Assembly (NCBI GenBank): GCA_020633955.1
Contig: JACKCP010000011.1
Span: 24,027-88,026, forward strand
DNA from: Desulfobacteraceae bacterium
Lineage (GTDB): Bacteria > Desulfobacterota > Desulfobacteria > Desulfobacterales > JACKCP01
Length of the DNA stretch: 64,000 nucleotides
Direction of reading: 5' to 3'
Positions within the stretch are counted from its first letter, which is position 1, and each line of letters opens with the position of its first letter. Positions 30,719 through 40,127 of the stretch are shown one piece after another. Under the pieces are notes generated by a model that was not told where the DNA came from, made no database searches, and worked only from the letters and a program-made list of their open reading frames with translations. A program made the translations under genes and the position numbers.

Positions 30719-31682
30719 GAAAAACAGCACGGCCTCTGCAATGGCTGAATCCATACATTTAAGTTTTAAATTTTTGTACCTTGCAATTACAATTCTTGCA
30801 GCTGCCTGGCTTTTTTCAGGGATAACGCAGGTATCTTCAGGAGAGCAGGCAATTGTTCTAAGATTTGGCAAAGTACACACAATTAAAAAGGAACCAGGTC
30901 TTGTTTTTGCTCTTCCAAAACCTTTTGATACAATAATCATCATCCCCTCACTCAAACGCCAACTTTCCCTGGAGGTAAGTGATCTTGCATTTATTGAAAA
31001 CAAAAACAATGGAAATAAAGCAGGACTTCATCCAAGGGATGACGGCGGATACTTAATAATGGGCGATGGAGGTATTTTGCACATAAAAGGAGTTATAATA
31101 TACTCAATAACCAATGCTTTAAAAGCAAATACAGGTGTTGCAGATCTTAAATCCTCAATAAGACGTATTTTCTGTGATGCTGCAATTCATATATGTGCAG
31201 GCTCAACAACAGAACAGATTTTAATAACCGAACCTGAAAAAATCAAAACGCAAATAATGAATAAAATGAATTCTGCAGCAACAGTACTCGGGCTTGGAAT
31301 TCGTATAGGAAGGGTTGACATCATGGCATCTTTACCCAAAAAGGCAAAGGATGCATTTGATAATGCTCAAAGTGCATCTGCTCAATCATCATCCGATGTT
31401 GCAAGGGCAGAAAAAAGTGCAAGGCTTTCTATTCAGGATGCAAACAGGGAAAAAGCATCTATTATTTCCAGTGCTGAAGCTGTAAAAAAAGAAATAATCA
31501 GCCGTGCAGAAATAATCACAAATAAAATACTTGCCCAAAAAGAAAATGCCAAAGGTAAAAAAAGAGAAAATCTTTTAAGAAGAATTCACCATGAAGCATA
31601 CACACAGGGATTACAGCAGGCAGGAAAAATAGTTTTGGTTCCTGATGAATCTGCATCATCTTTATTTATTCCAGGGGATTAA
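30711..31682 (+). CDS. SPFH/band-7 protein (third, more divergent paralogue)
   Basis: I placed the start at ATG 30711, which overlaps the previous stop (ATGAGTGA). The track start 30672 reads through an A-run. One TM is followed by VSSGEQAIVLRFGKVHTIKKEPGLVFALPKPFDTIIIIP and a coiled-coil tail. Confidence 0.75.
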   Translation: MSEKNSTASAMAESIHLSFKFLYLAITILAAAWLFSGITQVSSGEQAIVLRFGKVHTIKKEPGLVFALPKPFDTIIIIPSLKRQLSLEVSDLAFIENKNNGNKAGLHPRDDGGYLIMGDGGILHIKGVIIYSITNALKANTGVADLKSSIRRIFCDAAIHICAGSTTEQILITEPEKIKTQIMNKMNSAATVLGLGIRIGRVDIMASLPKKAKDAFDNAQSASAQSSSDVARAEKSARLSIQDANREKASIISSAEAVKKEIISRAEIITNKILAQKENAKGKKRENLLRRIHHEAYTQGLQQAGKIVLVPDESASSLFIPGD

Positions 31683-31685
31683 AAA

Positions 31686-33599
31686 ATGGAAACAAATCAG
31701 TCTATTAAAGAAACCACATATCAAGAAAACCTTGAAGCAGTATTAACCACTTCAGAAAAAGCAAGCCTTGGAATAAGACTGTCTTCTGCTTTTCTGGCAG
31801 CAGGTATATTAATAATTTCATATACAATTGAATATCTTGATCATGGTCAGGCTGAAGCAGCTGGATTTTTAAATGGAATAGCAGCCCTTCTTGCAGGAAT
31901 TCCTGTAATGTGGAATGCATGGAAAGGAATAAAGAGTCCTGATCTTCACTCAGTTGCAGACCTGCTTGTGTCAGTTGCACTTCTTGCAGCCTGGGTTGCA
32001 GGAGATTTAAGGAGTGCAACAATAATCCCGCTTATTATGGTAATCGGACATGTTCTTGAAGACAGGAGCATGATTGGTTCAAAGGAAGCAATAAATGCAC
32101 TTGCAAAACTGACTGAAAACTCAGTTACAAAAATAAACACTGAAAATATTGAAGAAACAGTTTCTGCAAAGGATCTTGCTCCGGGAGATTTAATTATTGT
32201 AAGACCCGGAGAAAGAATTTCTGCAGATGGAATTCTTGTTTATGGCAAAACAAGCCTTGATACTGCTCCGTTAACAGGAGAGTCAGTTCCTGTTGAGGTA
32301 AAAAAAGGCGATATTGTCAGGGCAGGTTCAATAAATCTTTATGGACTTGTCAAAATAGAGGTATCTCAGGTGGGTGATAAAACAGCACTTGGGCAGATAG
32401 TTGAACTTCTCAAAGAAGCTGAACAATCCAAACCTCCTGTTACAAGGGTTCTTGAAGAACATGCAGGAACCTATCTTCCCCTTACAATTGCAATATCTCT
32501 TATTACACTTTTTATTACCGGTGATGTTGCATCCATGATGGCAGTCCTTGTTGTATGCTGTCCGTGTGCTCTTGCAATTTCAGCTCCTGCAACAACTGTT
32601 GCAGGACTTGCAGCTGCAGGAAGACACGGAATTCTCATAAAAGGTACTGCTTTTTTAGAACAGCTTGCAGAAGCAGACACCATGATTTTTGACAAAACAG
32701 GCACACTTACAACAGGCAGACTAAATATTGTTGATATAAAAGTCTATAATGGACATACAAAGGAGGAAGTTCAAAACGCCGCTGCAAGCCTTGCAGTTTT
32801 CAGCAAGCATCCTGTAAGTAATTCTATTGCCAGAGCTTCAGGATCAGAAAACCTGAAAACAATTGAAGACCTTTCGGAAATCCAGGGTTTTGGACTAAAA
32901 GGAAAAATAAACGGGACTCAGGTTATTCTGGGGCGGGCAAGCCTGTTAGCCCAATATAATATTAAAGCTGAAATAAGGCCAAAACACTTCGGCCCTTTGG
33001 TAGCCTGTTCCATTGGAAATAGTTTTGCAGGATGGATTCTTTTGCAGGACACACTGCGCCCTGAAGCAGAATCTGTTTTAAACAACCTGAAAAATCTTGG
33101 AATAAAAAGAACACTTCTTGTTTCAGGCGATAATGAAGCAGCAACAAAAGCAGTATCAGATTTGCTGCCCTTAGATGAAACACATTGGGAAAAACTTCCC
33201 CACGAAAAACTATCCATAATAAAAAAAGAAATAAAAAACAAAAACAGGCCGGTAATGGTTGGTGACGGAATTAATGATGCTCTTGCATTAAAGGCTGGTG
33301 CAGTTGGTATAGCAATTGGCGGTTCTGGAACTGACATTGCACTTGCATCTTCTGATATTGTTTTGTTAACACCTGATTTAAGAAGAATTGAGACAATGAT
33401 TCGATTAAGCAGAAAATGCAGAAGCACAATAACTGCAAATATTGTTATTGCAATGACCTGGACTTTAATAATGTTTGTCTGTGCAGCAGGCGGATTTATT
33501 GGACCTGTTGCAGCGTCTTTATTTCACAACATAGGAACAGTCTTTGTAATAGCAAACTCGGGAAGACTTCTTGCATTCAATGAAATATCTCTGGCCTGA
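31686..33599 (+). CDS. P1B-type (heavy-metal) P-type ATPase without N-terminal metal-binding domain
   Basis: 637 aa, starting 3 nt after the previous stop. Four TM helices precede the actuator domain. Shows TGES, CPC in VVCCPCALAISAP, DKTGTLT, the HP motif (SKHPVS) and GDGINDA. The last TM reads LFHNIGTVFVIANSGRLL. Confidence 0.9.
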   Translation: METNQSIKETTYQENLEAVLTTSEKASLGIRLSSAFLAAGILIISYTIEYLDHGQAEAAGFLNGIAALLAGIPVMWNAWKGIKSPDLHSVADLLVSVALLAAWVAGDLRSATIIPLIMVIGHVLEDRSMIGSKEAINALAKLTENSVTKINTENIEETVSAKDLAPGDLIIVRPGERISADGILVYGKTSLDTAPLTGESVPVEVKKGDIVRAGSINLYGLVKIEVSQVGDKTALGQIVELLKEAEQSKPPVTRVLEEHAGTYLPLTIAISLITLFITGDVASMMAVLVVCCPCALAISAPATTVAGLAAAGRHGILIKGTAFLEQLAEADTMIFDKTGTLTTGRLNIVDIKVYNGHTKEEVQNAAASLAVFSKHPVSNSIARASGSENLKTIEDLSEIQGFGLKGKINGTQVILGRASLLAQYNIKAEIRPKHFGPLVACSIGNSFAGWILLQDTLRPEAESVLNNLKNLGIKRTLLVSGDNEAATKAVSDLLPLDETHWEKLPHEKLSIIKKEIKNKNRPVMVGDGINDALALKAGAVGIAIGGSGTDIALASSDIVLLTPDLRRIETMIRLSRKCRSTITANIVIAMTWTLIMFVCAAGGFIGPVAASLFHNIGTVFVIANSGRLLAFNEISLA

Positions 33600-33713
33600 G
33601 ACGGCTCAGCAATATTTTCCCGGCCGTTCCCAGTGACCTGCCTGTAAGTACTCAACAGATAAGAGAAAAATTACATACATTACTATTATTGCCTGATACA
33701 GCGACAATTACTA

Positions 33714-34295
33714 TTATAAAACCCCCTTGGTTGAAGGAATAAAATCAGATTCAATTTTGCAGGCCATGGCAAGGCTTCTTCCAAAACCTTTAAAAATTGC
33801 TTCTACAATGTGGTGCTCATTTTCACCATAGAGTACATTTATATGCAGAGTAATTCCGGCATGCACAGCAAAAGCCCTGAAAAATTCCTTGGCAAGATAG
33901 GGTGAAAACGGCCCTTTTGCCCTTATTGTTTCCGGAACATTAAAAACAAGATACGGCCTGTTTGAAATATCAAGAGCAATATTTGCAAGGGTTTCATCCA
34001 TTGGAAGAAAAAAATTGCCATACCTTGCTATTCCTTTTTTGTCTCCAAGGGCTGTTTTAAATGCTTCACCAAGTGCAATCCCGATATCTTCCACTGTATG
34101 GTGATAATCAATTTCAATATCACCCTTTGCCGCTACCATAAGGTCAAAGCCTCCGTGAACAGCAAAAAGGTTAAGCATATGATCAAAAAAAGGAATTCCA
34201 GTAGAAATTTCCGAACTTACCTTTTTATCCAGTTCAAGAAGTATATAAATATCAGTTTCATTGGTTTTTCTTTTTATTTCAGCTTTTCTTGCCAT
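33714..34295 (-). CDS. hisB: imidazoleglycerol-phosphate dehydratase
   Basis: I placed the start at internal ATG 34295 (MARKAEIKRKTNETDI...). Shows the DxHHxxE block (DYHHTVEDIGIALG) and GENEHHIVEAIFKGFGRSL. Confidence 0.92.
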   Translation of the reverse strand: MARKAEIKRKTNETDIYILLELDKKVSSEISTGIPFFDHMLNLFAVHGGFDLMVAAKGDIEIDYHHTVEDIGIALGEAFKTALGDKKGIARYGNFFLPMDETLANIALDISNRPYLVFNVPETIRAKGPFSPYLAKEFFRAFAVHAGITLHINVLYGENEHHIVEAIFKGFGRSLAMACKIESDFIPSTKGVL

Positions 34296-34403
34296 TGATA
34301 AAATCCTGTATTTCCATATGTTGAACAAACACTGATGCAGCATGGTTTCTTAACGAAAACTTGGAAAAAACCAGGCAGCCTTCCAATTTAAACTGTAAAA
34401 TTA

Positions 34404-34922
34404 TCAGATAATACCCTGTTTTTCATAATAAATTTTAAGACCGCCCAAAACCCCCTTAAAAAGTTTGGCACCAGCAAGTATTACAAATGTATCCTCAGGA
34501 AGAAGACACTGAACAGCAAAGGCAGGCCCAATTACAGAAGCAGGCTCGGCTGCAGCTTTATTTTGCGACAATTCCTTCAGATAATAATTAAGCTTATCTT
34601 TTATTACCTCAAAATAGTCAATATCAACATTTGAATATTTTCTGGTTGCCTCTGTAACACTTTTTGAAAACTCAAGAATATGCTCCCAGTAAATTTTAGA
34701 AATTTCATCCTTCTTTTCCCGGGGCTCAATAAGATAGTTAATTGAAACTCCTGCTGTGATAATTTTTAAAATCTGAAGCTCATACAAAAGAGTTGCTTCT
34801 TCGGCATTTGAGTTTTCAATGGTTTCTTTTGCAATATTTTTTAGATCATCCCTTGAAACTGAATAGGAAAAAAGAGTGTTTGCAATTTGATTTTCAAGTG
34901 AAATATTTGTTTCTTCTGTCAT
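34404..34922 (-). CDS. hypothetical protein (helical)
   Basis: 172-aa ORF with no recognisable motif. It is called only on length in an AT-rich genome and clean intergenic spacing. Confidence 0.5.
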   Translation of the reverse strand: MTEETNISLENQIANTLFSYSVSRDDLKNIAKETIENSNAEEATLLYELQILKIITAGVSINYLIEPREKKDEISKIYWEHILEFSKSVTEATRKYSNVDIDYFEVIKDKLNYYLKELSQNKAAAEPASVIGPAFAVQCLLPEDTFVILAGAKLFKGVLGGLKIYYEKQGII

Positions 34923-35036
34923 TTTTTACACCATTTGTTTTATTTGAATTTAAATGTGACTATCATATTTTTTCTTTTAAAAACAGAGACAATTTAATTT
35001 ACTAAGCCATCTAAAATGATTATAATTTTTTAAGAG

Positions 35037-35675
35037 GTGAAAAAAATGAATGTCAACAATTCAATAACTCAAAGATTCAATCCCTATGTAAATACTGAAA
35101 AATACAATAAGGACACCTCTGCTTCACCTTCAAAAAATTCAGAAGAAACATCGAGCTCAGATAATTCAAAGGACAGCACCCGGGACAAAAAAATAAAAAC
35201 ATCAAAAGATGATTTTACTCCCTATGAACAGAAAATAATTGAAGAACTCAAGTCAAGGGATCAGGAGGTAAGAGATCATGAAATGGCTCATGTTGCAGCA
35301 GGAGGGCCATACATAAAACGGGGTGCAAACTATGAATACCAGAAAGGTCCTGACGGAATTTTATATGCTGTTGGAGGAGATGTACTTATAGACACATCTC
35401 CTGTGGCAGGAAATCCTGAAGCAACCATAAGGAAAATGGATGTTATAAGAAGTGCGGCCCTTGCTCCTGCCAATCCTTCAGGATCAGACAGGGCAATTGC
35501 TTCAAGAGCTGCATCAACAAGAATAAAGGCCAGTGAAGAACTTATTAAAATGCAGCTTGAAAAATCCGGCCTTGAAAAAAACGATAAAAAATCTCCATAT
35601 ATGGTTTCAGATGCCTACTCAAAATCCACTGAACAGTCAGATCAGCCCGGAAATTTAATAAATCTGTCAGCATAA
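35037..35675 (+). CDS. SprA-related putative metalloprotease family protein
   Basis: 212 aa. EVRDHEMAHVAAGGPY...YQKGPDGILYAVGGDVLIDTSPVAGNPEATIRKMDVIRSAALAPANPSGSDR matches my recollection of the SprA-related (CJM1_0395-type) family core. Confidence 0.65.
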   Translation: MKKMNVNNSITQRFNPYVNTEKYNKDTSASPSKNSEETSSSDNSKDSTRDKKIKTSKDDFTPYEQKIIEELKSRDQEVRDHEMAHVAAGGPYIKRGANYEYQKGPDGILYAVGGDVLIDTSPVAGNPEATIRKMDVIRSAALAPANPSGSDRAIASRAASTRIKASEELIKMQLEKSGLEKNDKKSPYMVSDAYSKSTEQSDQPGNLINLSA

Positions 35676-35676
35676 T

Positions 35677-37878
35677 TTATAAATCAAGCCGTTTGGTAAT
35701 TTCTTCTGCCCTTTTACTCAAATCACCGCATTGAGACTCAAGCCTTCCAAGTTCCTCAAGACAAACTTTTTTAGATTCCTGATTATTTTCCATTATCTCA
35801 AGAATATCTGAAAAATCATTTACATAGGAATCAAGAGATTCAATAAGGCTTTTCAAGTAAACATCCATGACCTGCTCAGAAAACTTTAATACATATTGAA
35901 ACTTAAGGTTTTCTCTGTAGTTTAAAAAATGATTTTTCAGGGTTGATTCAGTTTCTTTTTTTATTTTTAAAAGGCCTTTTTCAATAATTTTAAGTGCATC
36001 ATCGTTTAAGGAATTTTTAGGTTTAAAAATCCTGTTAATCAAATTTTTGAAAAAAACCATTGAAGAGCCGGCCATTGCACTGCTTCTTAATACAACATTG
36101 TAATTGAGTGCATCAAGTGCAGAAGGAATTTCAAATGCCTGCTCAAGACTGAAGTTATCTGGAGAAGGAATATTTGTACCAAATTTTACAGGATCTTTTC
36201 CTATTGTTTTCTGAAAATTGTTTCTTGTTTCAAAAACCATATATTCAGAGGATTTTGATAGTTCATAATAATATGAAACAATTTCTTTTTCCTTTTCCTT
36301 AATAAAAGATATTACCAGTGGATTAATTTCTCTTGTAACAAAATTATCAAGACTTTGTCTGAAATCCTGATACAGGGAAAAATAATTTACCTTAACTGAG
36401 CTGTCCCCTGTTTTTACAACATATTTGTTAAGTTCTCCCTTGTATGACTTTATGAAATCGTACACCATACCTGTTATTTCGGAGCTTGAAGAAAAAAAGG
36501 AATCAATCTCGTTTTTTAAGTTTTTATCAAATTTGGACTTTGATCCTTCCATGGTATTTTTTATAATATTTTTAACTTCCCTGAATTTTTTGGTCTGATC
36601 GATAAGCTCTTTTTCAGCAGTTTTATCACCTGAATCAAGAATTTTTATTTTTATTTCAAGACGCTCGCTCAACTCATTTATTTTGTCTCTAATTTTCCCA
36701 AGAATACTTGAATAAAAGAAAAACTGCTTCTTTAAAATAAGTTCATTTTTAAAATAATTGTTAAAGTCTTTAAACCCGTTTTTTAAAAAAATTGAGCTTT
36801 CCTTATCAAGCCTCCATTGTTCAAGCCTCAAAATATCTTTTTTTGAAAGACTGTCTTCATTTTCAGTAAAAAGTTCATAAAGGGCAGATATTGTAAAATA
36901 CTTTGCATCAGGCTTTAAAAGACAGATTTCCTCTGCAGTTTTTTTCTCAACCCTTTTAAGATCTTCAAGATTTTCATGTTCTGACAAATCAGCATTCAAA
37001 ACAAAAACAGACTGGCCTGTAAGTCCCATTTTTTTAAGCATATTCAAAAAAATTATATCAGCCTGTCTTAAACCTGTCCGAGTGCTTACAAGATAAATTA
37101 TAAAGTTGGTTTTTAACAGATAATCCTGAATACGGGCTATATGAAGAGGATTTGTGGAGTCGCTTCCCTGACAGTCTGCTATTTCTGTTTTTTCGTCAAT
37201 AGCATTTCCAGGAATTTCAACATAAATATCTTTTACATAAACTGCTAAAGGCTCCTGGCTTGCAAAATCCTTATATTCATCAAAATTATCACCGAAAAAC
37301 TCAAACTCTCCTTTTTCAAGGATATTTTCAAGACGCTCATAACCCTTGAGATATGACTGAAGATATACGCTTTTTGCTTCTCTTGAGTCTTTTGTAAAAA
37401 GATCTTCATTTTTCAGTGCAACAAGTACCCGATCAAGCCTTTGTCTTGAGTTTATATCCCTGATGTCAAAATCATCAAAATTACCGTTATCTTCAAACTC
37501 AGGTAAAAGAACCACTGAGTTTTTTATGTCATTATTTATTTCATCAATAGTTTTAAAAGAAACAACTGCTTTTTTTTCTTTTCCTGCCATTACACGGGTT
37601 ACAACAGAAGTTATTACCCCTGCTCCCCTTTTTAAAAAGTCAGATTTTAAAAAGGAATTTATAAATGTGCTTTTTCCAGATTTTATTGCTCCCACAACTG
37701 CAATTTTTAAAACCTGATCATCAATATTTTTATTTATTGATCCAAAAAATTTTTTTATTTTTTCAAGCTCTTCAATTCCTGATTTATCCTCAGACTTAAG
37801 ATAACTTGAGTAAATGGTTCCAAGTTCATTTGAAAGATCAATAAGTTCATTTGTTATATCAAAAGCATTGTTTGCCAT
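35677..37878 (-). CDS. bacterial dynamin-like GTPase
   Basis: I placed the start at ATG 37878 (GGAGA RBS 6 nt upstream). This gives 733 aa. The P-loop is GAIKSGKSTFINS, G3 is DCQG, and the rest is a long helical stalk. Confidence 0.8.
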   Translation of the reverse strand: MANNAFDITNELIDLSNELGTIYSSYLKSEDKSGIEELEKIKKFFGSINKNIDDQVLKIAVVGAIKSGKSTFINSFLKSDFLKRGAGVITSVVTRVMAGKEKKAVVSFKTIDEINNDIKNSVVLLPEFEDNGNFDDFDIRDINSRQRLDRVLVALKNEDLFTKDSREAKSVYLQSYLKGYERLENILEKGEFEFFGDNFDEYKDFASQEPLAVYVKDIYVEIPGNAIDEKTEIADCQGSDSTNPLHIARIQDYLLKTNFIIYLVSTRTGLRQADIIFLNMLKKMGLTGQSVFVLNADLSEHENLEDLKRVEKKTAEEICLLKPDAKYFTISALYELFTENEDSLSKKDILRLEQWRLDKESSIFLKNGFKDFNNYFKNELILKKQFFFYSSILGKIRDKINELSERLEIKIKILDSGDKTAEKELIDQTKKFREVKNIIKNTMEGSKSKFDKNLKNEIDSFFSSSSEITGMVYDFIKSYKGELNKYVVKTGDSSVKVNYFSLYQDFRQSLDNFVTREINPLVISFIKEKEKEIVSYYYELSKSSEYMVFETRNNFQKTIGKDPVKFGTNIPSPDNFSLEQAFEIPSALDALNYNVVLRSSAMAGSSMVFFKNLINRIFKPKNSLNDDALKIIEKGLLKIKKETESTLKNHFLNYRENLKFQYVLKFSEQVMDVYLKSLIESLDSYVNDFSDILEIMENNQESKKVCLEELGRLESQCGDLSKRAEEITKRLDL

Positions 37879-37979
37879 AAAAATTCTCCACAAAAAAATT
37901 AAAGCATTCTAAAATATTTATTTTAAATCATAACTCTGATAACCTGAAAACAAAAAACAATCAAAAGAGAAAATTAATC

Positions 37980-38963
37980 ATGGAAACAAATCTTATCAAC
38001 CCCGTAAAAAATCAGCCACACTTCAAACTGTTTGAATCAGGTCCAAAAATAAATATTAAAGACTTTAAACTGCAGACAAAAATGGGTAAAAAAATCCCTG
38101 GTTTTTTAAAGCCCCTTTTTTTCAGACAGTTTATTTTTGCAGGAATAATAACAGATAACCATATTGCCGGTGCTGCCATTGCAGATCTTGGATATGCTTC
38201 AAAAGGATTTGTGTATATACATGATCTTGAAACAAACACCCTTCATGAAAAAGGCTCTCTTGTTTTTCCTTTTTTCAAAAAGATTATTAACCCCGATACA
38301 GAAAATTCTGATGCCTGGTTTAAAGCAAAGGATCTTGAAATTAAATTTTTTACAAACAGCCTTTATGTAAACTCAAAAAATATTAAATTTGAGATAGAAT
38401 TTTTAAATGAAAAAAAACCATCTCCTTTAAGAATTTGCTCAAAAACTTCATATAACAGGTGGTTTTTCACAAAAAAACAAACTCCTTTAAAATGCACAGG
38501 CAAAATAGGTCTTAATAATAATGAAACAGAATTTTCTTCAGAAACATCAAGGGCCATCACAGACCGAAGTCTTGGATATCCAGGAAGGGAAATATGGTGG
38601 AACTGGGCTTCAACGGCATGCATACTTGATTTTAAGGAATTTGGAATGAATCTTTCATGGGGAGTAAATCAGACAGGCGAAACAGAAAACTTCATCTGGC
38701 ATGATGATAAATTTATAAAAATAAATCAGGTGAATTTTGAAAAAGAAGATAATGAAATATGGTCTGTCAGGTCAAATGACAATATTATTGACCTAAAATT
38801 CATCCCCAAAAAAACAAAAACTGAAAAAACAAATTTTTTATTTACCGCCTCAAATTTTATCCAGCATACAGGCATATTCAGAGGAAAAATAAAACTTGAT
38901 GAAAAAAATTATAAGGATGTTGAATTTTTGGGATGGCTTGAAGACCATTATGTAAAATGGTGA
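37980..38963 (+). CDS. hypothetical protein, possibly DUF2804 family
   Basis: 327-aa ORF, divergent from the dynamin gene. It has predicted beta-rich character. The DUF2804 assignment is a recollection of overall pattern only. Confidence 0.45.
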   Translation: METNLINPVKNQPHFKLFESGPKINIKDFKLQTKMGKKIPGFLKPLFFRQFIFAGIITDNHIAGAAIADLGYASKGFVYIHDLETNTLHEKGSLVFPFFKKIINPDTENSDAWFKAKDLEIKFFTNSLYVNSKNIKFEIEFLNEKKPSPLRICSKTSYNRWFFTKKQTPLKCTGKIGLNNNETEFSSETSRAITDRSLGYPGREIWWNWASTACILDFKEFGMNLSWGVNQTGETENFIWHDDKFIKINQVNFEKEDNEIWSVRSNDNIIDLKFIPKKTKTEKTNFLFTASNFIQHTGIFRGKIKLDEKNYKDVEFLGWLEDHYVKW

Positions 38964-39003
38964 TTTACATGTGCACCAAATTTTTACAGTTCAAATGAAA
39001 AAT

Positions 39004-39291
39004 TCAAAAGCTGTAAATATCGTATTCAGAATCAATAAGTTCAGCAAGTGCAGATGATTCTGCAAGATTAAAAAGTTTGTCAACCTTGGAGTTCAAAACA
39101 TTTTTATCGTTTGAAACCATGGAAAAACCAATCTCTGCAATCTGGTATTTATCAAGGCTTCCAGCTTCACATACTGAAGCATTAAATTCATTTTGAATTT
39201 TTGATATTATTGGCTTTACATGGGAACGTTTCTGCTTGAGTGAAAAACATTCATGTATTTTGTATTTTAAAATCCCTGAGGCTATATACAT
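39004..39291 (-). CDS. DUF503 (YlxP-like) protein
   Basis: 95 aa. The block LKYKIHECFSLKQKRSHVKPIISKIQNEFNASVCE...AEIGFSMVSND is typical of DUF503. Confidence 0.75.
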   Translation of the reverse strand: MYIASGILKYKIHECFSLKQKRSHVKPIISKIQNEFNASVCEAGSLDKYQIAEIGFSMVSNDKNVLNSKVDKLFNLAESSALAELIDSEYDIYSF

Positions 39292-40016
39292 TAATAATAT
39301 ACCTGTTTTTTTAAGAGCTTCTTTTCCTGATTTTTTGAAAGAGGCTTTTTTCTGAAAAGGACATAGGTTCCGCCGCTTCCGCCATCTGTACTTTTTGCAC
39401 TGGCACAGGCAAAAATTCTTCTTCTCCAGTAATTGGAACTCAAAATCTCCTGTACAAGATTTTTCAATACCGGTTCATTTTTTGAAGAAAGACCACGTCC
39501 ATGAACAATTAAAACTGCGTTTTTATTTTCCCTAAAACTTTTTTCAAGAAAATTTCTAACAATCTCATCTGCATCAATTCTTGAAAATCCGTGCAGATCT
39601 ATATATGCCTGAACCGAAAACTTACCTTCATGGAGCTTTTTTGCTGTTTCCTCACAAACTCCTGCTCCAATCAGTTCACAATATTCCGGAGTTTTTGATA
39701 CTTCGAAACCCTCTCCCGAATCAAGAAGTTTTTCAAGCTTTTTTAAAACTTCCTTTTTTTCACAATAGTAATCTATTTTATTGTAGCTTTTTCTTGTATT
39801 GAAAGAGCCTCCAATCTTTTTTTTGCCTTTTACAGGAACAACATCTGACATTTCTTTCAAAAAAAGGTCATCATCTTTTTTGACCGAACAATATGATTTT
39901 TTATTTTCCCTTGTCTGCCAGGGGACAGTTTTTTTCTTATTTTTCACAAGTCCTGTTAATACATGCCTGTAGTCCTCAAATGGACTGTTTGAAAAACCAT
40001 TGCTGAATCCAGACAT
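39291..40016 (-). CDS. Smr-domain endonuclease (SmrB-like)
   Basis: 241 aa. The Smr domain reads IDLHGFSRIDADEIVRNFL...AVLIVHGRGLSS. The N-terminal DDDLFLKEMSDVVPV resembles the SmrB N-terminal hook. It overlaps the DUF503 start by 1 nt. Confidence 0.8.
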   Translation of the reverse strand: MSGFSNGFSNSPFEDYRHVLTGLVKNKKKTVPWQTRENKKSYCSVKKDDDLFLKEMSDVVPVKGKKKIGGSFNTRKSYNKIDYYCEKKEVLKKLEKLLDSGEGFEVSKTPEYCELIGAGVCEETAKKLHEGKFSVQAYIDLHGFSRIDADEIVRNFLEKSFRENKNAVLIVHGRGLSSKNEPVLKNLVQEILSSNYWRRRIFACASAKSTDGGSGGTYVLFRKKPLSKNQEKKLLKKQVYY

Positions 40017-40127
40017 AAATACTCCTTAAAAATAAGTCATAGGAAGTTTAATGTAACAGATAAGAAACATAAAAACAAAAACATTTACTTGACTTTTATT
40101 ATCCCATAACTTAGTTGATTAGTCTGT

